In this document: positions 60,213-64,000 of the stretch, piece by piece
Numbering within the stretch: the first letter of the stretch is position 1
Layout of the letters: every line of letters starts with the position of its first letter
Assembly: GCA_043823065.1 (NCBI GenBank)
Contig: JBDRBB010000006.1
Coordinates: forward strand, 64,001-128,000
Source of the DNA: Pseudomonadota bacterium
GTDB taxonomy: Bacteria > UBA10199 > 2-02-FULL-44-16 > DYJF01
Length of the DNA stretch: 64,000 nucleotides
Direction: 5' to 3'
Translations under genes and position numbers: made by a program
The notes under the pieces: model-generated
What the model was told of the DNA's origin: nothing
Databases searched by the model: none
Seen by the model: the letters and a program-made list of their open reading frames with translations, nothing else

Positions 60213-61667
60213 ATGTTTTACGCGATTTACTTTCTTATCAGTCTTGCGCTCTTTTTTTTGTATAACCATACTCAAGACGTTTCCATACTGATTCATTTTA
60301 TACTGGGCCCCTTTATTTATGGTGTCAGCAAATTCAAGATCAATTTCTTTTTGCTCTACTCTTTGCTCCTTTCCGCTCTGGTCTTTATTCCTTGGCACAT
60401 AAAAAGCAAACGCACGATCGTGTTTCTTCAAAGAACGAATTTCATCGCGATCTTCACAGCGCTTCTGGCGAATTTTTCCGGTTTTGTTTTTTTCATCCAT
60501 CGTTTTTCATTGCCCGTTGATAAATTCGTTTATCATTTCAAGGGAACATATCACTCCATAAATTACTTTGCCCACATTCATACCGGCAAAGCCGCATTAA
60601 ATCTTGTATTAAATGTTTTGGGACTGGGATCGCTCAACGAAATATGCGACACTGGAATTGTTTTTGCGGATCATATTGACCCGAAGATCTCTTTGTTATT
60701 GATCTTTTCAGTCGTCCTGACTTTTTTATCTTTTACATTTCTGCTCAAACCGACACTGGAAAAATGGGAATCCGGCAAACGCTATTTCGTTTTTATTATT
60801 TATGTTTTTGCAGGCGCACACATATTGAAATGTCTGGTGGATGGAGGTCTGTTTTCCTATGATCTTCTTCCCTCCCTGATCGCCATTCATCTACTTTATA
60901 ATTCAGGGGAACCCCGCCCTCTTGTTGAATGCTATCGAACATACAAAACATTCTACTATTTCATAACATTCCTTTTTCTGACTATTTGCGCCTATATTTC
61001 GCGCTTAGAATTCCTTCAAACCCTGATAGGATTGGCTTTCATTTCCTCAACATATTTTTTACTCTTTTTACCGTTCATTCCAAACAAAATAAGATCATTA
61101 CGATTCATTTTAATTACCATTTTATGTTCACTTGTAATATTGTTCTATTGGTCAACGCACGGATTGAAGAGAATTGAGGAAATATTCTCTATCCCCGAAA
61201 ACATACACAAGGTTATCAAATTTGATTATCCTGCGCAGGGAAAAAATCCTCACATTTCTGACTTAACGCTTGAAACACAAGGCGTTGATTTCGCCAACAT
61301 TTATCGTAAATCCTGCGACAACCCTTTGCGCAACAGGAACACCGCTATTTTTATTAATGATGAAAAAAAATATACCGGCGCCATTTTCGTTTTGAAAATA
61401 TTTGGCAGAAGTAAAAAGATCCGACTAAAGTCAAACTCATTTATGCATATTGATGAAATGTCCCGCTACTACGGTTACAAAGAAGGTGCTTATCAGATGA
61501 AGGTCACTTTTAATCCTGAATTTTTCCCATCGTTGTGGAGCAAGAATCTGTCAATGCTTTTGCAAAACAATCGTTATTTTATGCTGTTCTATTTGAACCA
61601 TTATTTCTTGAACAACGGCATCACGGAATATGCGATCATCCCGTTCTACTATTTTATGGCTCCGTGA
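60213..61667 (+). CDS. Polytopic membrane protein of unknown function
   Basis: About 9-10 hydrophobic segments plus a soluble C-terminal domain; HIHTGK and DGG motifs. Confidence 0.7.
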   Translation: MFYAIYFLISLALFFLYNHTQDVSILIHFILGPFIYGVSKFKINFFLLYSLLLSALVFIPWHIKSKRTIVFLQRTNFIAIFTALLANFSGFVFFIHRFSLPVDKFVYHFKGTYHSINYFAHIHTGKAALNLVLNVLGLGSLNEICDTGIVFADHIDPKISLLLIFSVVLTFLSFTFLLKPTLEKWESGKRYFVFIIYVFAGAHILKCLVDGGLFSYDLLPSLIAIHLLYNSGEPRPLVECYRTYKTFYYFITFLFLTICAYISRLEFLQTLIGLAFISSTYFLLFLPFIPNKIRSLRFILITILCSLVILFYWSTHGLKRIEEIFSIPENIHKVIKFDYPAQGKNPHISDLTLETQGVDFANIYRKSCDNPLRNRNTAIFINDEKKYTGAIFVLKIFGRSKKIRLKSNSFMHIDEMSRYYGYKEGAYQMKVTFNPEFFPSLWSKNLSMLLQNNRYFMLFYLNHYFLNNGITEYAIIPFYYFMAP

Positions 61668-62088
61668 ATTCCTTTGAAACTCCTCCGTTCGCGTCTATGC
61701 GGTAAGTTGCGGTGAACCCGCTCTTGAAATTAAGCAAAATAGAACCGTCATCTTGGTAAAGATTCGCGCTGGGATCCACAAGCCTATTGCGAAGCGTGCT
61801 GTCAATTCTAAGCATATTGCGACCGTTTGCGCCGCCCTGAAAATTAACAAATGTCCAGAAACTATTGACCCGTCTCGAGTAATCCTCCGTTTCAATGATC
61901 AATCTATTAAAATACAGATCTTGAGCTTCCTGCAAAGCGCCGCCTATCGCATTAGCAACCGACAGCTCCGCATCATGCCTATAGCTGTAAAACTTAGGCA
62001 AAGCGATCACTGACAGCACGCCAAGTATCGCGATGACCAGTATCAACTCAACCAGCGTGAAAGCCTTGTTGTATAATCGCTTAACCAT
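61654..62088 (-). CDS. Type IV pilin-like (prepilin) protein
   Basis: KA/FTLVELILVIAILGVLSVIALP class III signal. Confidence 0.9.
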   Translation of the reverse strand: MVKRLYNKAFTLVELILVIAILGVLSVIALPKFYSYRHDAELSVANAIGGALQEAQDLYFNRLIIETEDYSRRVNSFWTFVNFQGGANGRNMLRIDSTLRNRLVDPSANLYQDDGSILLNFKSGFTATYRIDANGGVSKEFTEP

Positions 62089-62122
62089 TTTTGTTATGCC
62101 TCAGTTATATGGTAGTGACTTT

Positions 62123-62211
62123 GTCATTGCGATCCCGCCAAGGAGGGAGTGGCAATCTCGTTTTTACATAAACTACAGATTGCCGCGTCGCCTGCAGCTC
62201 CTCGCAATGAC
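62123..62211. repeat. REP/RPE-like palindrome
   Basis: gtcattgcga..gtggcaatct...agattgccgcg..ctcctcgcaatgac. Confidence 0.8.
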
Positions 62212-62478
62212 GGATAAATGTGACAGCGTCGGTTGTTCCCACCATATAACTGACGCATTACCCATTTTTACCGATTCCTTTTGCCACAATCAAACGACCG
62301 GTGCAATAGATGTAAAAAACTTGACTCCTGACTCACGTTTGTAATGATGCGGCAAAGAGACCCAAGTGATAAAAAGATATATTCGTTTTTTTTTTGCTGT
62401 CAAGCCCCTATATTTTAGGACTAAAAAGAGGCGGCTAATTGTGAGTTGCCGTCTGTCAAAATCGCGTGGCTAGGGCTA

Positions 62479-62618
62479 GGGGTCAAGTATTTACTCTTCA
62501 CTCTTGCATAGATGCGTGAATATATTCACTTGCCTCTGGTTTTGTTTTTACTTCAGCACTCATGATTCTAGATATCCGTGCTGGTTTTAGATTAAATATC
62601 TTTGAGAGTTCATCGTAA
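62479..62618 (-). pseudogene. 140-bp copy of the Y1 transposase 3' end plus left end
   Basis: Identical by eye to 57484-57623 (encodes YDELSKIF...HASMQE*). Confidence 0.9.
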
Positions 62619-62666
62619 AAACTAAGGAAAAACTCGAATTGAACACACTTAACGAAAATAAAGCAA

Positions 62667-64000
62667 TCAATGCCGAAAATGCCTGACACCTGTGAAAACC
62701 ATAGCCATGTTGTGTTCATTGGCTGCTAAAATTGCTTCATCATCTTTAATAGAACCGCCTGGTTGAATTACTGCAGTTGCACCTGCTTTGGCTGCTTCAT
62801 CTATACCGTCGCGGAAAGGGAAAAAGGCATCTGAGGCTATCACACTTCCTTTTAAAGAACTTTGCGCTTTCATTACCGCAATCTTGGAAGAATCCACCCT
62901 GCTCATCTGACCTGCGCCAATGCCAATGGTGCGGTCTTTAGCAGCATAAACAATAGCATTAGATTTAACATGCTTACAAATACGCCAGGCGAAATCTAGA
63001 GCCTGCCATTCTTCTTCTGTTGGCGCGCGTTTGGTCACCACTTTGGCTTGCCTGACTTTTTCTAAGCTTAAATCTCTATCCTGAATTAACACTCCGCCCA
63101 CTACTTTGCGGATGCCAATGCCAGTTGCAGTATAATTAGTGGTTAGTTGAGGAATTTCTAACAAACGAATATTTTTCTTTTTCATTAAAATCTCTTTTGC
63201 CGCCGCTGAAAATTTGGGCGCAGCAATTACTTCAAAAAAGATTTCTGACAAAGCCTGGGCGGTTTTTGAATCAACTTCCTTATTAAAACTTACAATTCCG
63301 CCAAAGGCAGAAGTGGGATCACAAGCCAAGGCCTTGGTAAACGCCTCTTGCAAAGACTTGTCTGAAGTAGCAGCTCCGCAAGGGTTGCTATGTTTGACCA
63401 CTACTGCGGCAAATGGCTGATCCCTAAATTCAGCCACCATTTCAATGGCTGCATCTGCATCCATAATATTATTATAGGAAAGTTCCTTGCCGTGAAGTTG
63501 TGTGGCATTAGTTAGCGCTGGTTCATTAACTGGAGTTGTGCTCTTATAAAAGGCTGCTTTTTGATGGGGGTTTTCGCCGTAACGTAAATCCTGCACCTTC
63601 TCAAAAGTAAAACCAATAACATCAGGATGTTCCTGCTGTTTCAAATCAGCATCATACTTACTTAAATAAGAAATAATAGCTGCATCATATTTTGCTGTTT
63701 GGGCAAAAACTTTTTTAGCTAAAGAAAATTTGGTTTGTTTGCTCAATTTTCCCTGATTGGTTTTAAGTTCACTTAAGATCTTGGCATAATCTCTTGGATC
63801 ACAAACCACAGCCACGTCTTGATAGTTCTTAGCTGCAGCACGCAGCATGGTCGGGCCACCAATATCAATATTTTCAATAGCTTGTTCAAAGCTGCAATCT
63901 GGCTTGGCCACTGTGGCTTCAAAAGGATAAAGGTTCACCACAGCCAGATCTATATTATGGATATTGTTTTCTGCCATTTGTTTTTGATGCTGAGTATTGC
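62667..64000 (-). CDS. purH: Bifunctional AICAR transformylase/IMP cyclohydrolase (5' end outside the window)
   Basis: NLYPF, IDIGGP, LRYGENPHQ, KHSNPCG, GAGQMSRVDS, SDAFFPF and RHFRH. Confidence 0.97.
   Translation of the reverse strand, partial: NTQHQKQMAENNIHNIDLAVVNLYPFEATVAKPDCSFEQAIENIDIGGPTMLRAAAKNYQDVAVVCDPRDYAKILSELKTNQGKLSKQTKFSLAKKVFAQTAKYDAAIISYLSKYDADLKQQEHPDVIGFTFEKVQDLRYGENPHQKAAFYKSTTPVNEPALTNATQLHGKELSYNNIMDADAAIEMVAEFRDQPFAAVVVKHSNPCGAATSDKSLQEAFTKALACDPTSAFGGIVSFNKEVDSKTAQALSEIFFEVIAAPKFSAAAKEILMKKKNIRLLEIPQLTTNYTATGIGIRKVVGGVLIQDRDLSLEKVRQAKVVTKRAPTEEEWQALDFAWRICKHVKSNAIVYAAKDRTIGIGAGQMSRVDSSKIAVMKAQSSLKGSVIASDAFFPFRDGIDEAAKAGATAVIQPGGSIKDDEAILAANEHNMAMVFTGVRHFRH

Noticed and set aside
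51727..62618. Prophage or integrase island anchored at tRNA-Asp
   Set aside because: No integrase, no phage genes and no duplicated tRNA 3' end were seen in the window.
62498..62719. 73-aa ORF as a real gene
   Set aside because: It is a chimera of an alternate frame of the purH 3' end and the duplicated transposase tail.

Overview
AT-rich bacterial chromosome segment, most likely from an uncultured deltaproteobacterial (Myxococcota/Bdellovibrionota-like) lineage; this is inferred from gene order and MYXO-CTERM-like tails. Housekeeping content: ogt, gltB, a nucleoside-salvage operon (udp-nupC-tdk-PfkB kinase), rnhB/rplS/trmD/rimM/khpA/rpsP, ispH, an eroded rpmF-acpP-rpiB-glyA-nrdR-ribE-ribA-nusB superoperon lacking its usual fab/plsX and ribD/ribB/ribH genes, split metH, nadD/nadK, rmuC, a divergent sdhCAB, tRNA-Val, tRNA-Asp and a partial purH. 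The strongest unexplained signal is five large orphan proteins without signal peptides that contain 1 lysine in about 3,200 residues, plus a sixth lysine-poor one, in a genome whose normal proteins are very Lys-rich. Two of them share an N-terminal region, and they sit behind sigma54-type or a shared GCAAC-N16-CGAWAA promoter motif. They are a candidate exported effector set. A second candidate system is a Y1 (RAYT-like) transposase whose terminal inverted-repeat ends recur five times around cargo genes at 54.8-62.6 kb. Several families of palindromic repeats and heptamer repeats are scattered through the window. Everything was read by eye; no searches were run.
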